Translations under genes and position numbers: made by a program
Shown: one piece after another, positions 1 to 11,606 of the stretch
Layout of the letters: every line of letters starts with the position of its first letter
Numbering within the stretch: position 1 is the first letter of the stretch
Source: Basidiobolus meristosporus CBS 931.73
Lineage: Eukaryota > Fungi > Basidiobolomycota
Assembly (NCBI GenBank): GCA_002104905.1
Contig: MCFE01000817.1
Location: 1-33,589 of the forward strand
Length of the DNA stretch: 33,589 bases
Direction: 5' to 3'
The notes under the pieces: model-generated
Seen by the model: only the letters and a program-made list of their open reading frames with translations
Databases searched by the model: none
What the model was told of the DNA's origin: nothing

Positions 1-69
1 GTAACTCCATTAAGATCCACTACTCAATAAATATTTCTGCTGTAACTCTCTTGTTCCATGACTTTTTTG

Positions 70-905
70 GTTTCTTAAAGGGATCTCTAAAGGGGGTCTT
101 TAGACTAAAGGGGTGTCTTTACAGTAAAGGGGTTTCTGAGAGGGGACTTTTCTGACAGAAAAGTGGTAGTTTTCTTGTAGAACTTAGATTGGATTCTTGT
201 GTGCTTTGCATTGTCTTTACTGATGTAGTGCTAATCAAAGTCAGAATTCTCAACAGTGCAAGTGATGCAGGGGAAGTCTTATAACCTTGAAACTTGTGAT
301 AGTAGTGTGAAAATTCTGGAAAGAGAGGCTCCCTCTTTATTTTTCAGCTGGGGAAGTCATATATATGAAAATTCTGAAGGATCAAAGTTTTTGGACAATT
401 GCGCAAGCAATACACATGATACAAAGCTAAAATCTTGCAGTGGCACAGATTGGACATAGGCGCAGCACCTGTGAAAATTTCACGTGATTTGATTGGCCAA
501 TTTAAAAGTTACAAGCAATACATGTTATACAAAGCTCAAGTTTTGCAGTGGCGCAGATTGGACATAGGTGCAGCACCTGGGAAATCAGATGTAATATGAT
601 GGGCATGTCTGAAAGGTAAACACAATGAGAGTCACTCTACCAGTCCTAGCAATAGAGGCCTAATATATATAGTTAATGGACACTTTTCACCATAATACCT
701 TAAACATTATTTCAAATTTGTTACAATTTCCCACATGTCTTGGCTACTGAGTCTTCAACATGACAAAAAACTCTTGGGTGGATTACTTGTCAGTACTTTG
801 TTCATTGGTTCTTAAAAGTTGGAAACTGTTGATCTTTCATTTGTGTCTTACAACTGCAAAAGATAACATAGAGAAATAAGTGCAATAACATATCTGAGAT
901 ATTGT
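70..905 (+). repeat. Unclassified repeat family Y, copy 1 (inverted relative to 22254-22976)
   Basis: 70-497 is the reverse complement of 22551-22976 (e.g. aagtcccctct, cagaaaagtggtagtttcttgtagaacttagattggattcttgtg, cacgtgatttgattggc). Similarity resumes at ~630-905 versus ~22525-22254 (e.g. ttcttaaaagttgga..ttgatctttcatttgtgtcttaca vs ttcttcaaagttgga..ttgatctttcacttgtgtgttaca). Confidence 0.9.
407..579 (+). repeat. ~65-bp direct repeat (407-472 and 516-579) inside repeat Y
   Basis: gcaatacacatgatacaaagctaaaatcttgcagtggcacagattggacataggcgcagcacctg versus gcaatacatgttatacaaagctcaagttttgcagtggcgcagattggacataggtgcagcacctg. Confidence 0.85.
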
Positions 906-1399
906 GGTAATAGAATGCATCCTATTATGACCAAATGCCCTGCAACTGTTAACACATGCTGGTCTCAGGATGGTCTCTGGGTCATATGTTGCCAGTTGCA
1001 TGATGGTTGCTCATTTGTACTACAAACATAATTAGTTGCATCTGGTAATGATTTTGGCAAGATGTAGTAGTAATCCTCAAAGCCCCCATTACAAATATTA
1101 GTGGAAATATGCCACTTCTCTAGCCACAACATCACATCATTCACCAGTAGATGGATTACTGGCCTCACTTGGCTCCATAAAGTATCCTTGGTATTTGTCT
1201 CAACAGGTGTTGTCTCATTGCATATAGGGATTTGACCAGGCTCATACATGGTACCTTTGCTAGGGGAGATATGCTCAAAATCCATCAGTGAACCTTCTTT
1301 GTCAGAGCTATCACTCTGTGTGCCATATTCAGAAGGCTAAGGTGAGCCTAAATGTGTCACAAACTCACCTGACTCAGTTTGCGCAAGGTGACAAAGACA

Positions 1400-2380
1400 G
1401 CCAATGGAATATATTGGAATATGTATTCATATGACCCCAAGTGACTGTTAGACAAGCTTTAGGATAAGATATAAGCCTGAGTTGCAAAAAAATCAATACT
1501 GGCCAATTGGCAAAAGAGATTATACCAAAATTTGTTGCTGCTCAGAATATGACTGTAAATATAAAAACTTGAGCTGTTACCACCATTCTGAGTTATCTAT
1601 AAGTTGAAGTAGATTTCAGAAACAAACTCCCTTAGCTACAAGGATCCTGCTAATATACAATACATGTATATCCATCCAGAGCATGAGCATGTACTACACA
1701 ATCCATTGTAAGAATACTATAGCTGTATTGAGTATTTTGATACTGAAACCAATGCACTAGGAACTAGAACTGAAGCTGTCAGATATGAGATCATTCTCTT
1801 CAAGTATTAAAACAGCCGGAAAGAGTATTTTACCAATTTAGCAAAATCACCTCAAAGAAGTCTTACAACTAGCCAAGACAAATGATGCCAATGATTATAA
1901 GCCTAATTGAAGTATCCAACAATGCTAGAGTTAGCAATTATACAATCAACACTTACTCAGAAAATAGCATAGTACTTTATACTTGTTGTATGCATATTTC
2001 ACTTAATACAGCAGGAGAAAGTACTTTCCAATTTTAACTTCTCTGGACCAAATCTGAAGAATTGTGATTGATCAAGTCACTGCCAAGCTCTACAACTCAA
2101 AGTACTGATGTATTGAGTCTGGTATCAATGTACTGAGGAGATTTGCTTTCAGCTCATTTGATCATTTAGGTCAACTATTTCCAAAATAATGAATAATATA
2201 AGTGGATGCTTTGATATACCACTTGCTATAGTCAAATATTTCGAACCAATGATGTTATGGAGATTCTTGCACTCAAACACACCATCCCCCTACCTGCACA
2301 GAAGTCCAGAACTCTCCAAAATGAAGTTATCCCTGTTGAAATGATTAGGAATCCACCTAATTATTGATATATTATGAACT
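1400..2380 (+). pseudogene. Possible decayed coding sequence of unknown family
   Basis: Protein-like frames (YIHPEHEHVLHNPL*EYYSCIEYFDTETNALGTRTEAVRYEIILFKY; IVIDQVTAKLYNSKY*CIESGINVLRRFAF; MEILALKHTIPLPAQKSRTLQNEVIPVEMIRNPPNY) interrupted by stops that could derive from CAA/CGA/CAG. No recognisable motif. Confidence 0.3.
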
Positions 2381-2636
2381 AGCACTAAATTAAGTGATGT
2401 ATTTCAGATTATTAACTTAGAAATTAGTTTGTAAGATATACTCTAATTATTGGAAATCAGAGTACAGAATTTTAGGAAAATTTGAAACTTGTCCAAATGA
2501 GCTAGACTTGGTACATGTAATCCTGAGACTCCCCTAGCAGTTACCAAATAGTTACATTTATGTAGTTCTGCAATAAGTATAAATACTGTGTTGCAACTTA
2601 ATAAAACAACAAGTGAATATCATGTAGATCTTCTAA

Positions 2637-3005
2637 TGTTATGATCTACCGCTTGAATGTTTAAGTTAGATCTGTTTTTAGTTAAGTCAATTAGTTTTAT
2701 GTTTAGCCTATCAGTACATCAGTGTTATCTATCAAATCAGTAGTATTAGTCAGCAGATGAATTAACAGATCCTTATCAGACAGAAATAGTTGTATAAAGT
2801 AGGATCTAATTGGGTGATGATGATGCAATCAAAAGAGTCATCAGCCACAGCCTTCATTAGGAAATACAATTAGTCAGCAAATGATCTGGCAAAATGTATA
2901 TAAGGAGCTGCTGGAACCTCAATAAAAATCAGTTCAAGTTTTAGTGAATTCTATACTAGCTAAACTCCCCATTCCTCTACAACTCTTATACCAAGACTTG
3001 TAACA
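2637..3005 (+). mobile_element. Solo LTR of Gypsy family A with 4-bp TSD CTAA, inserted in the Copia-B 5' LTR
   Basis: TGTTAT...GTAACA termini; CTAA at 2633-2636 and 3006-3009; empty site (single CTAA, 5682-5685) in the paralogous LTR; TATA-like tatataag and aataaa inside. Confidence 0.95.
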
Positions 3006-3051
3006 CTAATTCTCCAATTCACTTCCAATATATCTCTCTAATATTTCAACA

Positions 3052-3063
3052 GGTTATGAGCCC
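3052..3063 (+). promoter_or_regulatory. Copia primer-binding site (internal half-tRNAiMet type)
   Basis: GGTTATGAGCCC directly after LTR end CAACA; complementary to the tRNAiMet anticodon stem-loop GGGCUCAUAACC; also at 16601-16612 (minus) and as a variant at 12990-13001. Confidence 0.85.
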
Positions 3064-5533
3064 CAAGCTTGCTTTATCTTGGTTGTCTACTTTGCTCTAG
3101 TGCTGTGTCTTTATTCTGGAGAAAGACTGCCTGGTCTACCTGAAGTTACAGAAGACAGAAATGTACTGCTGCTGCAAAGAACTGCTAGATGGGATATATT
3201 GTTATGGAGAGAGAGGCCTTTGCACTTAAAGAAGACACTAAGCAAAGAAAGAGTTCATATGTCAAGGAGATCATGCTGGACAAATTTCAAATTATGGAAT
3301 ATGCAGAAGGATAAAGCTCTGAGAAAATGCGTAATCCCAGCAAGGAGTCTAGATCAATAAGGGGCATTTTACATGTTATATATATTAATGCTATGATTCT
3401 TATTATTACCACGTAATAAATCTATGTTGAACATCCACATATACCTGGGTTTGGATTAGACAATTTCAGTCAATGAAGTGCCCACATTGCTGCTGTGAAT
3501 TTACATAAGTCTGTAGTCACTTGAAATGAAATGATGTGCAAGCACATTGATGCTGCCTGTGCCCTAGTTTGGAGTTGGATATGCAGACGGATATACGGAT
3601 CAACTTGCCCAAATTCTGAGGATCAAAAAGATATATAATACCTATATATTTGGCTGAAGATCAGTGATCTCAGACATGCTAACTTAGGAGTGGTACACAT
3701 GGTATATCAGTGGTACATTTCCAGTGCCAATGATCCTGAAGCTCTGTAAGACACTTACTAGACAAGCTACAAGTTTACATTAAGTATTAGAAACAGTGGG
3801 AGGAGATATACCCATATGTGTTGAAACATGGAATATCGACTGCCATCAAGAAAAGTGCTACCAGAGACCTTGACCAAAGTATATGCGTATAGTCTCTATA
3901 TACACTATAAACTATGCATGAAGTACTATCAAGGAGTGTACTAGGTGCCCTACACTAGTACATATATCACATACATACAGTGATGAAGGATCACATATAT
4001 TAACATGGATCTGATGTTAATCTTGTTATTATGATTAGATCAAGTTACTTGCAGCTCCTAGCTACAGATCTAGCTGCAATGATGATATATGCTACCAGGA
4101 TGCTGAAAGAAGTGGCTTTTTAAGGAAATTTATTTGATCAAATCTGATCAAGCCTGTGAAAAGTTATGCCAGAGCTAAATGGATGACCAATTTGCTTGAA
4201 ACATCTCAGAATAGATATGTTTTGAAGACAGGAGATTCCTGAGCACTCTGGGAGATCTAACAAGCCATGGATATGCTATCTATATGCTGCAGATCTAGAT
4301 CAAAAAGGAAAACCCAGCAACTGGCATCTTCAAGACCAGATATAGAACAAAAACCTGCCACCAATAAGTTGCCAGTTTCTAAATGGAGTTAGGTGATACC
4401 TAAGCCAGATTTGGACTATCTAGCACACTAGATATGATTAAGTAATCCTACCACACAAGGATAATGGAGTATTGTTGCTTAGGTAGGCAGCAGAACAGTC
4501 CAAGAGAACATATATACTCAGAGGCAACATTGCAATTACAATGAGCAACAAAGTCAACTTACTTGCAGTGGGAGCTAGAGAAGCGGTTCCAAGGGCCAAC
4601 CTAAGGGATATAATGGGTCCAGAAGATCATGGACTTGTCTATTTGCACTGTCAACTGAGCTTTATGCTGAAAAGTTCTATCAGTAGTAAGAGTGGCTTAT
4701 CAGAGCTGTTATCATAGATTTACACAATTGCAAAGTGCCAGATCAGGTTGTACTGTTCAAGCGCAGTAGTACATATGAGACCATATCTATCCAGTTAAGG
4801 ATGAGTCCTCTATGAATAGCTGCCAATCAGGCTGTGGCACTTTTGTGATACCAAATCAAGCCTATCAAGATGCAAAGGGAAGATCCAAATACCTTAACAG
4901 CGATATCAGTCTAAGAAAGTTATGCCTAGATCTGAAGGATATATAAGATCTATCTCAGTCAGTTTTGGAAGGCAGGAAGCACCAGAGGACATAGCCTCAG
5001 TGGGAGTACAATATCCCAGATCAGGAAGGAAGAAAAGCTAGGCTAGATAGCATTCAAAGCGCTAGTCTGGAAGAGGAAATACTTGGTCAACCGGTGAAGA
5101 ATAAGGCAACTACAATGCTGACCAATTGTTGGTCTCAGCAGATCATATATGGAGTATATGAGGGAAGTTATTTTCCAGATCCAGTTTTGGATATATGGAG
5201 GATAGTCTAAGTGAATTAGACCATATACCAGAACTGTGGATGATCCAGATCTACTGGAGAGAAGACCACACCCTAACTTTGCCAATTATTGACCAACTTT
5301 TGCTCAAATAAGAAACAGCAGATAGCCTGAAAACACAGTGATCCAATGATACTGATTATGCTGGGATTTGAGCAGTATCTGAAAAGTTTTACTCCAATCA
5401 AATAGATGATATTCATTCATAAATATTTTTGATGAGATCAGAGTTCAGACTCAAAGTAATTTGATCTGCAGTATGTAATTAACAGTATGGTCTTATACTT
5501 AGTTATTACAGATTATATGCAACCCTTAACATA

Positions 5534-5727
5534 TATTGGAGAATACATTAGTCCAATAGGTTAAATGGTTAATTGCAGGTTTAATTTCAACCAGAAGATA
5601 CACTACATCACAGCAAGTTCAAAAGGTATTAATACTGTGTGGTAACTCAATACACCAACAAGTGAATATCATGTAAATCTTCTAATTCTCCAATTCACTT
5701 CCAATATATCTCTCTAATATTTCAATA
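5534..5727 (+). repeat. 3' LTR of the degenerate Copia-B element
   Basis: aatactgtgt..caacaagtgaatatcatgtaaatcttctaattctccaattcacttccaatatatctctctaatatttcaata matches 2582-2636 joined to 3010-3051. The U3 part is poorly conserved and the start is approximate. Confidence 0.8.
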
Positions 5728-5791
5728 ATCCCTGGGTCATCAGCAGAGACAGAAAAAGAAAAGAAAAAGGGAAAGTGTTGCTATTTGTAGT

Positions 5792-6590
5792 TTGATTCTT
5801 CCCAAAAAAGCCATTATTTGCATTAGCCATATTAAGACTACCTGGCAATGCAGATATGTTCCATGGAGCCTCTTATTTAAAGCTTTCAAGCTAGAAATCA
5901 CAAAAATTCTTGAAACTTCAAGGGGTTCTGTCCAATCTTGTACATTTTGTTGGAGCAGAATGTTTAATGCTGAAGTATTAATATCTGATGTGTATAAGGC
6001 CAAAAGAAAAAGGTCTAAGAATGAGCATGAGGGTTTGTAAAGATTTTAAACACACTAAGAGAATCAGTTGACCTTGCAGACAAAGCTCAACAAAAAATAC
6101 AGTCAGGAGGATATATATGATCAAATCCCTTTTAAAGGCCTATCTCACTTCTGGAAAAGTGCCAGTCTCATTCTAAAGGCATATTATGAAAAGACAAAAG
6201 CAGATGTAGCAATGCAAACTATTTGAAGTACTTTAAGAATGGCTATTAAACAATTTTGAGCATATACTATATTTGGTAAGTAAGCTGCAAATGGACTTTA
6301 AGCCAGCTGTTAATGAAGTAAACAGTCCAAGAAATTTTATTGCTACTTGGGCACAACAAAAACAACGGTTATAGATGAATTTTGTAGATTCAGCACCACC
6401 AAATAAACATTGTTGAAGTAGGAGCCAATATTCAAGTTCAGTGTTGAGCAAAAGTCTGCTTTTTGGCATGTTGTTTGTGCCATGGGGCAGAAAATAAGAA
6501 TGATTCAGATCAGGCATTAATGATAAATCCATAGCTTGATCCAATACAGGCCATCTCTTTGGCTCATATAGAGTCTATATAAAGGAGGTA
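5792..6590 (+). pseudogene. Possible decayed coding sequence of unknown family
   Basis: The frame of ORF 5792-6040 continues as QIPFKGLSHFWKSASLILKAYYEKTKADVAMQTI*STLRMAIKQF*...EQKSAFWHVVCAMGQKIRMIQIRH. Many stops, mostly explicable as C-to-T; no motif recognised. Confidence 0.3.
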
Positions 6591-7005
6591 GCTGTCACTA
6601 ATCCTATTATAGAGAAGCAGTGAAGTGGCTCAAGTGAATTAGACTGTTGCCTGCCAAAAGAAAACTCCAGATTTGTTGTAACTGACTAAACTTGAACGTG
6701 ACACACAATAGGCCAATTTTGTGCAAATAAGAAGCATTGGATAGCCCAGAGGCTATATAGCACTATCACAATCTGACAATCAGACTTGATGCATTATTCA
6801 GGCCTGCGCAGGTGATGAAAGATGATAATAAGTATTCTGATTCAAGGGAATACCTTATATAAGATATGCACATTAAGCTACAGTTTACTTGCTAAATTAA
6901 GTTGAGTGCAAATGCATATACCATTGTATAATATATTAGTTGAGTATGTTACAAAGTAGTTTTCCATGCTGCATTATAAAGTGCACACTCTCAACATGGA
7001 CATAT

Positions 7006-7734
7006 TGTTTGACTAATTAGTATCATTCAGTAGCTAATGTCATGATCAGCCGCTTGAATGTTTAAGTTGGATCAGTTTTTAGTCAAATCAATTAGTATAT
7101 GTCCAGGTTATCAGTATATCAGTATTATCTATCAAATCAGTAGCATTAGTCAGCAAATGAATCAACAGATCCTTATCAGACAGAAATAGATATATTAAGT
7201 AGGATCTTATTGGGTGATGGTGATGCAATCAAATGAGTCATCAGCCACAACCTACATTAGGAAATACAATTAGTCAGCAATTGATCTGGCAAATGTATAT
7301 AAGGAGCTGCTGGAACCTCAATAAAAAGGAGTTCAAGTTTTAGTGAATACAATACTAGCTAAACTCCCTATTCCTCTACAACTCTTATACTAAGACTTGT
7401 AACACTAAAAACTTACACAACAACTCTGGACTATTATTAGTCACTGTATGAATCATTTGCAGCTCAAAATATGTGCCTTTCTTTGAGATATGATCTTATG
7501 ATTACTCCCCTAAAGTCAGGATCAAATTAGCATTTTTACCACACATTATGTATTACCCCTGAAGCTGTCAGAGTATCCTACCAAATGTGAGAAACTCTCC
7601 TTGCATAGTGTTACAGTAGTATTACTTCTACAAAGGTACAAATATTGAGCTTCTTTATGAATAATCAACAGCTCTACTATTATCACTATTTCTTGATAGG
7701 TACCATATATCCAAATCACTCCTTAAATTGCAAA
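7006..7734 (+). mobile_element. Solo LTR of Copia family C with 5-bp TSD CATAT, interrupted by LTR-A
   Basis: 7006-7037 joined to 7409-7734 aligns with 12620-12989 (tatcattcag.agctaaaa..; ccaaatcactccttaaattgcaa); CATAT at 7001-7005 and 7735-7739. Confidence 0.8.
7038..7404 (+). mobile_element. Solo LTR of Gypsy family A with 4-bp TSD CTAA
   Basis: TGTCAT...GTAACA; close match to 2637-3005; CTAA at 7034-7037 and 7405-7408; the uninterrupted LTR-C copy (12620-12989) has a single gctaaaa at this site. Confidence 0.95.
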
Positions 7735-7889
7735 ACATATTACCTATAAGTATTCTGTTGAGTGGTAATGTTGTAATCCTTGAGCTGTGACCGAAATCCA
7801 GATGCTAGCTTAGTAGCATAAATTTTCTTATGTGATTTGTCTTCTGCTCCTACCAAACCTCTTGTTGGGATTTAGTTGCATTATATTTC

Positions 7890-8117
7890 ACCAAAGCATC
7901 AGTTACTCAGAACATAAAGTTCTCAAAGTTGCCCAGACAGACTAAAAGTTTGTAAACAAGCTCTTGGGACCTTCCTAATTATATTGACTGCCTTTGTTAT
8001 TCAAAGACCATGTTAAAGTATGAATACTAATCTTACATTCAATAAGTCATTAAGTGAAAAGCATTTATACTACATGTTTTCCTGATAATTTTCAATACCT
8101 CTAAGCCTATTGTACCA
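7890..8117 (+). repeat. Solo or relic LTR of Copia family B
   Basis: Matches the reverse complement of 16613-16835 (cagaacat.aaa.ttctcaaagttg; aagaccatg; tacattcaat.a.tcattaagtgaaaa). Start approximate, no TSD. Confidence 0.8.
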
Positions 8118-9422
8118 AGTTGAAGATACTCTTGAATATGGGCTATTGTACACTATTACAGCTTGGGATGCAAAGACTGTAGTCTGTAAGTCAGAGCCTG
8201 AAAATCAAAAGACATTCAAGATCTGTAGGGTATTGAGTTCAATGATGCTATTAAAGATAATCATGATGTTCCTGTCAAAAGACCTTCAAGGTATAACAGA
8301 CATGTGACCAAGAGGTATTGACTCCATCAGCTCACTGTGCAAACACCATTTATGAAAAATTGCATCTCCAATCTTACAAAAGACTTGGTAAAAATTCTCA
8401 TCACAACAATATATATGTTGCTTTTGAGCAGTTTCCTACCAATTCTGTCTCATTTTGCTCCTGAACCCTCATTCACCTCTTGCATTTGTGCACACTGATT
8501 AATTGTTGCCTATATCTCACACTAAAATTCTGTTTAAGTCCATCATTCAATAAGCACTTCTGCAGTAGTACCATTTTTCCTTGACTTTGGTAGGAACCCT
8601 ATGGCTTTATGAGATTGTTTATTTACTAGTTCTCATATGTCTTGGTCTTCAGCTGGTACTGCAAGGTTAAGCACTTCATCTGCTAGTCTTTGAATGGTGC
8701 AGCACTTATTAAGGAGAAAACCTAGCACAACACAAGAAGGATTTTGACAAAGAAGTTGAGAAAGATTAGGCAGGGATAAAGGAAATTGTAAAGCAAAAGA
8801 GGTTTACCCAAGCCAGAGACAGGAAAGTGTGAGAAAGTGTTGCAGTTCTCACCAAATAATGCAATAAGCCTGGAGCAGACCAAACTGCATAATAGCTTAG
8901 CAGAAATACTAAAAATTCAACAGCCTTTTCACATGAGTTTTGACCACTGCCAGTAAAACTACTCTCTGGTGCAAAAGATGAGTTCATAATCAATTTTGAT
9001 AGGGATTGGCTTCATATATCTTCATTGTCTTGTGATTTTTAGGCAATCTCAATGTCTTTTCTAGTTTAAGTGGGGGCATAAGAGTTGTATTCTCCCACCC
9101 CATGTGGCAATAGGCTTCTCTGTGAGTTTTATTTGTGGGCACTGTGGGTGCACTTCATATAATACATATTGATCCTCTGATGTTACATTGGGAATTGGTT
9201 AAACCCTGATCTGTAATACTGAGCTTTGTGAGCTCCTTCATTGCCACAAGAATAGTGTACTTTCTACCTGGAATACAGATTTTTGCACATTCACTCTGTC
9301 CATGCTATTGCTTTATTATTTCCTGATCTCTGGGCCATTGCATCCAATTTAATAGCTGCTGCACCTATTCCATACTATGCCATGGCAAGATACAATGTAA
9401 GTATTCCTAGCTGGCATTTGGC
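8118..9422 (-). repeat. Unclassified coding repeat family X, copy 1 (with internal inversion)
   Basis: Minus strand of ~9040-9400 matches 27350-27695 (taggtgcag..gatgcaatggcccagag..atcaggaaata). Minus strand of ~8570-8700 matches 28760-28890 (caaagact.gcagatga..gctgaagacc..ccaaagtca.ggaaa). ~8735-9035 matches ~28305-28620 on the plus strand. The left boundary is uncertain. Confidence 0.75.
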
Positions 9423-11606
9423 TGTTATAATGTACCACTTCAATGTGCAAGCTGAACTTGCTTCCAGTCAAATCAGTTGGGTATATGTTTAACATATCAA
9501 AATATTAGCACTTTCTGTCAAATCAGTATTAATAGTCAGCACATGAGATAGCATATCCTTGTCAAACAGCAGTAGATATACTATGTAGTATCTTACTGGG
9601 TGATGATGATACTACCAAAAGTGTTGTCAGCCACAACGAGCATTACAAAATTCAAATAGTCAGCAATTAAAATGGCAAAATGCTTATAAGGAACTTTTGG
9701 AACCTCCCTAAACTTCAGTTCAGGCTTTAATGAGTACAATGCTAGCAACATTCCCACTTCCTCTGCAACTCTTATCACAAGACTTGTATCATTGGTAGCA
9801 GCAATGGCCAGGAACTTCCTTTGGAAGAAAGAATAAGCTTGCCCCAAGATGTCTGACAATCAAGAATCAAAGAATGCCATGCAGCAAGTTCTGTCCATAC
9901 AGCAAAGGTAACTCCAGATGCTCAGCCAGTAGCTACAAGGAATCACAGCTATGGCCTAGAGACAGCAAAGCCCTGTCTAGAGCAACTTCAGTGCAAAGGT
10001 CAACAAGCACCATGACAGTGTCAATGAGAACTTGGCTCTATGGGCCTAGATGTCAGCTTACACAGACTGAACAAATTTACCCCCTTGGCCAATTTGAAAA
10101 CCCTAATGATGGGTTGAAAGCAAGAATATTCTGGGAAGTGTATTATTGAAGACCTGATACTATTGAAGAAGCCATCATGATTGGCATGGATTCTGACTTT
10201 ATTATATTTTGGGTTGGAAAGTCCACAGTGACTAATCAGAAATGCTATAATACCCATTAAAGAAGACAATCAGAAGCAGTGGCAATGGAAATAGGCAATA
10301 TGCAGAAGAATTACAGCTCAGCAGAATGTAAGAATAGAGAAAATTGTCTCAATTACCATCAGCATGGGTGCATCTCAAGGTACTGCCCTCCAAGAAAAAA
10401 TGGACACCAGTCAGCAAGAACCTTTAACTATAAGGAAGCTCAAGAGCATAATGATATAGTCCATGATCTTGAAAAAGACTATGAGATGACCCTTACTAGA
10501 TAGAAGACTACTTATCCCAGATGACCTCAAACTCAGCAAAACTATTGAGTTTGAATGGATTTATCCATGGAGTATCTGCCAAGATCATGACAACCTTGCA
10601 AATCAATATTAGCTTCAGAAGATTGTTGGAACTTTCACATATTCAATGGCACTACTCAGCTATTGAGAATGAAGATCAAATATGCTAAAGAAGACATATG
10701 GGCCCACATAATTGGGAACTGCAGTTTGATCAGGTGCTTGGGAGAACATAGCTATTCATCCATAATCCATCAGTCAATTGGAGATCCCATGCCACTGAGG
10801 TTCAGAAAGGCAACCAGACCAATAAACTACTACCAGCCAGGCTGGACTTCATCATGGTCATTTATTGTGTGTTTGACACAAGTGAACTTAGCAAGATGTA
10901 GCTCTGCAAAGTACTTTGGAGAGGTAGCAAAATGCCTCTCATGGTAGTTACACATGATGCTCATTTAACTTTGGTTTTCCAGAAAATGCAGACTTTTCAG
11001 AAGAAATGGTAAGACATATTTCCATATTAACTTGTAATCATAACACCAGTCAGATATATGAAATTTACATTCAGGAGATAGCCCCACAGTGAACAAGACA
11101 CCTCACAGGATGGGTCCATTGGAGTTTGAAATGATTAAGAGACAAACCAATCAATACCTGAGGCGTTGCTAATTGGTAGCCATATTTTGCAAAAGAACAA
11201 CACTTGGAAGGAGCGTCAGCTAGCAGAGCAAGGACTATACAAGAACATTAAAAAGTCCATTGCATCTTACCTACAAGCAGACAGACACAGGAATACCTGA
11301 GAAGATTTAGCTAATAAAGCCAGAATCAAGCTTCTAAGACATACAGAAAATGCTGAACCATCAAGATGCTGATATCACATGGAGAGAAATTCAGGTGAAC
11401 CCTCTCAGCTTTAGTGGGGAAGGATGTTTTGAACTCTGCTTGAAAGTAAGATAAGCTTATGGTCAAATCAATCAGTTTTAAGTTTAGTCTACATGCATGT
11501 CACCATTTTTGATCAAATCAGTAGTGTTAGAGACCAGATGAATCAGCAGATCCTTATCAGACAGTGTTTAGAATGTTAAGTAAAACTTAATAGGGTGATG
11601 GTGATG
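9423..11606 (+). mobile_element. Degenerate, internally deleted Ty3/Gypsy element (family A)
   Basis: 5' LTR 9423-9791 (TGTTAT..GTATCA); PBS TGGTAGCAG 9793-9801; gag remnants with decayed zinc knuckle CLNYHQHGCISRYC; protease start matching 23442 onward; RT start (DSP.V.KTP.RM) matching ~24030-24110; PPT agtggggaagga 11413-11424; partial 3' LTR 11425-11606. Confidence 0.9.

Larger units (their letters stand above)
2448..5727 (+). mobile_element. Highly degenerate Ty1/Copia element (family B): interrupted 5' LTR, PBS, gag/integrase/RT remnants, 3' LTR
   Basis: LTR end CAACA at 3051 followed by PBS GGTTATGAGCCC (3052-3063). Gag remnant LLLQ..WD matches 16276-16800. Integrase-like SHILTW(G)SDV near 3990-4020 and RT-like LKDI*DLSQS near 4930-4960. 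The 3' part of the LTR recurs at ~5625-5727. No TSD found. Confidence 0.7.

Noticed and set aside
965-1285. 106-aa minus-strand ORF
   Set aside because: No motif, no paralog in the window and no supporting signals.
2443-5732. TSD for the degenerate Copia-B element
   Set aside because: The flanks CTAAT and ATCCC do not match, and the boundaries are too decayed to assign one.
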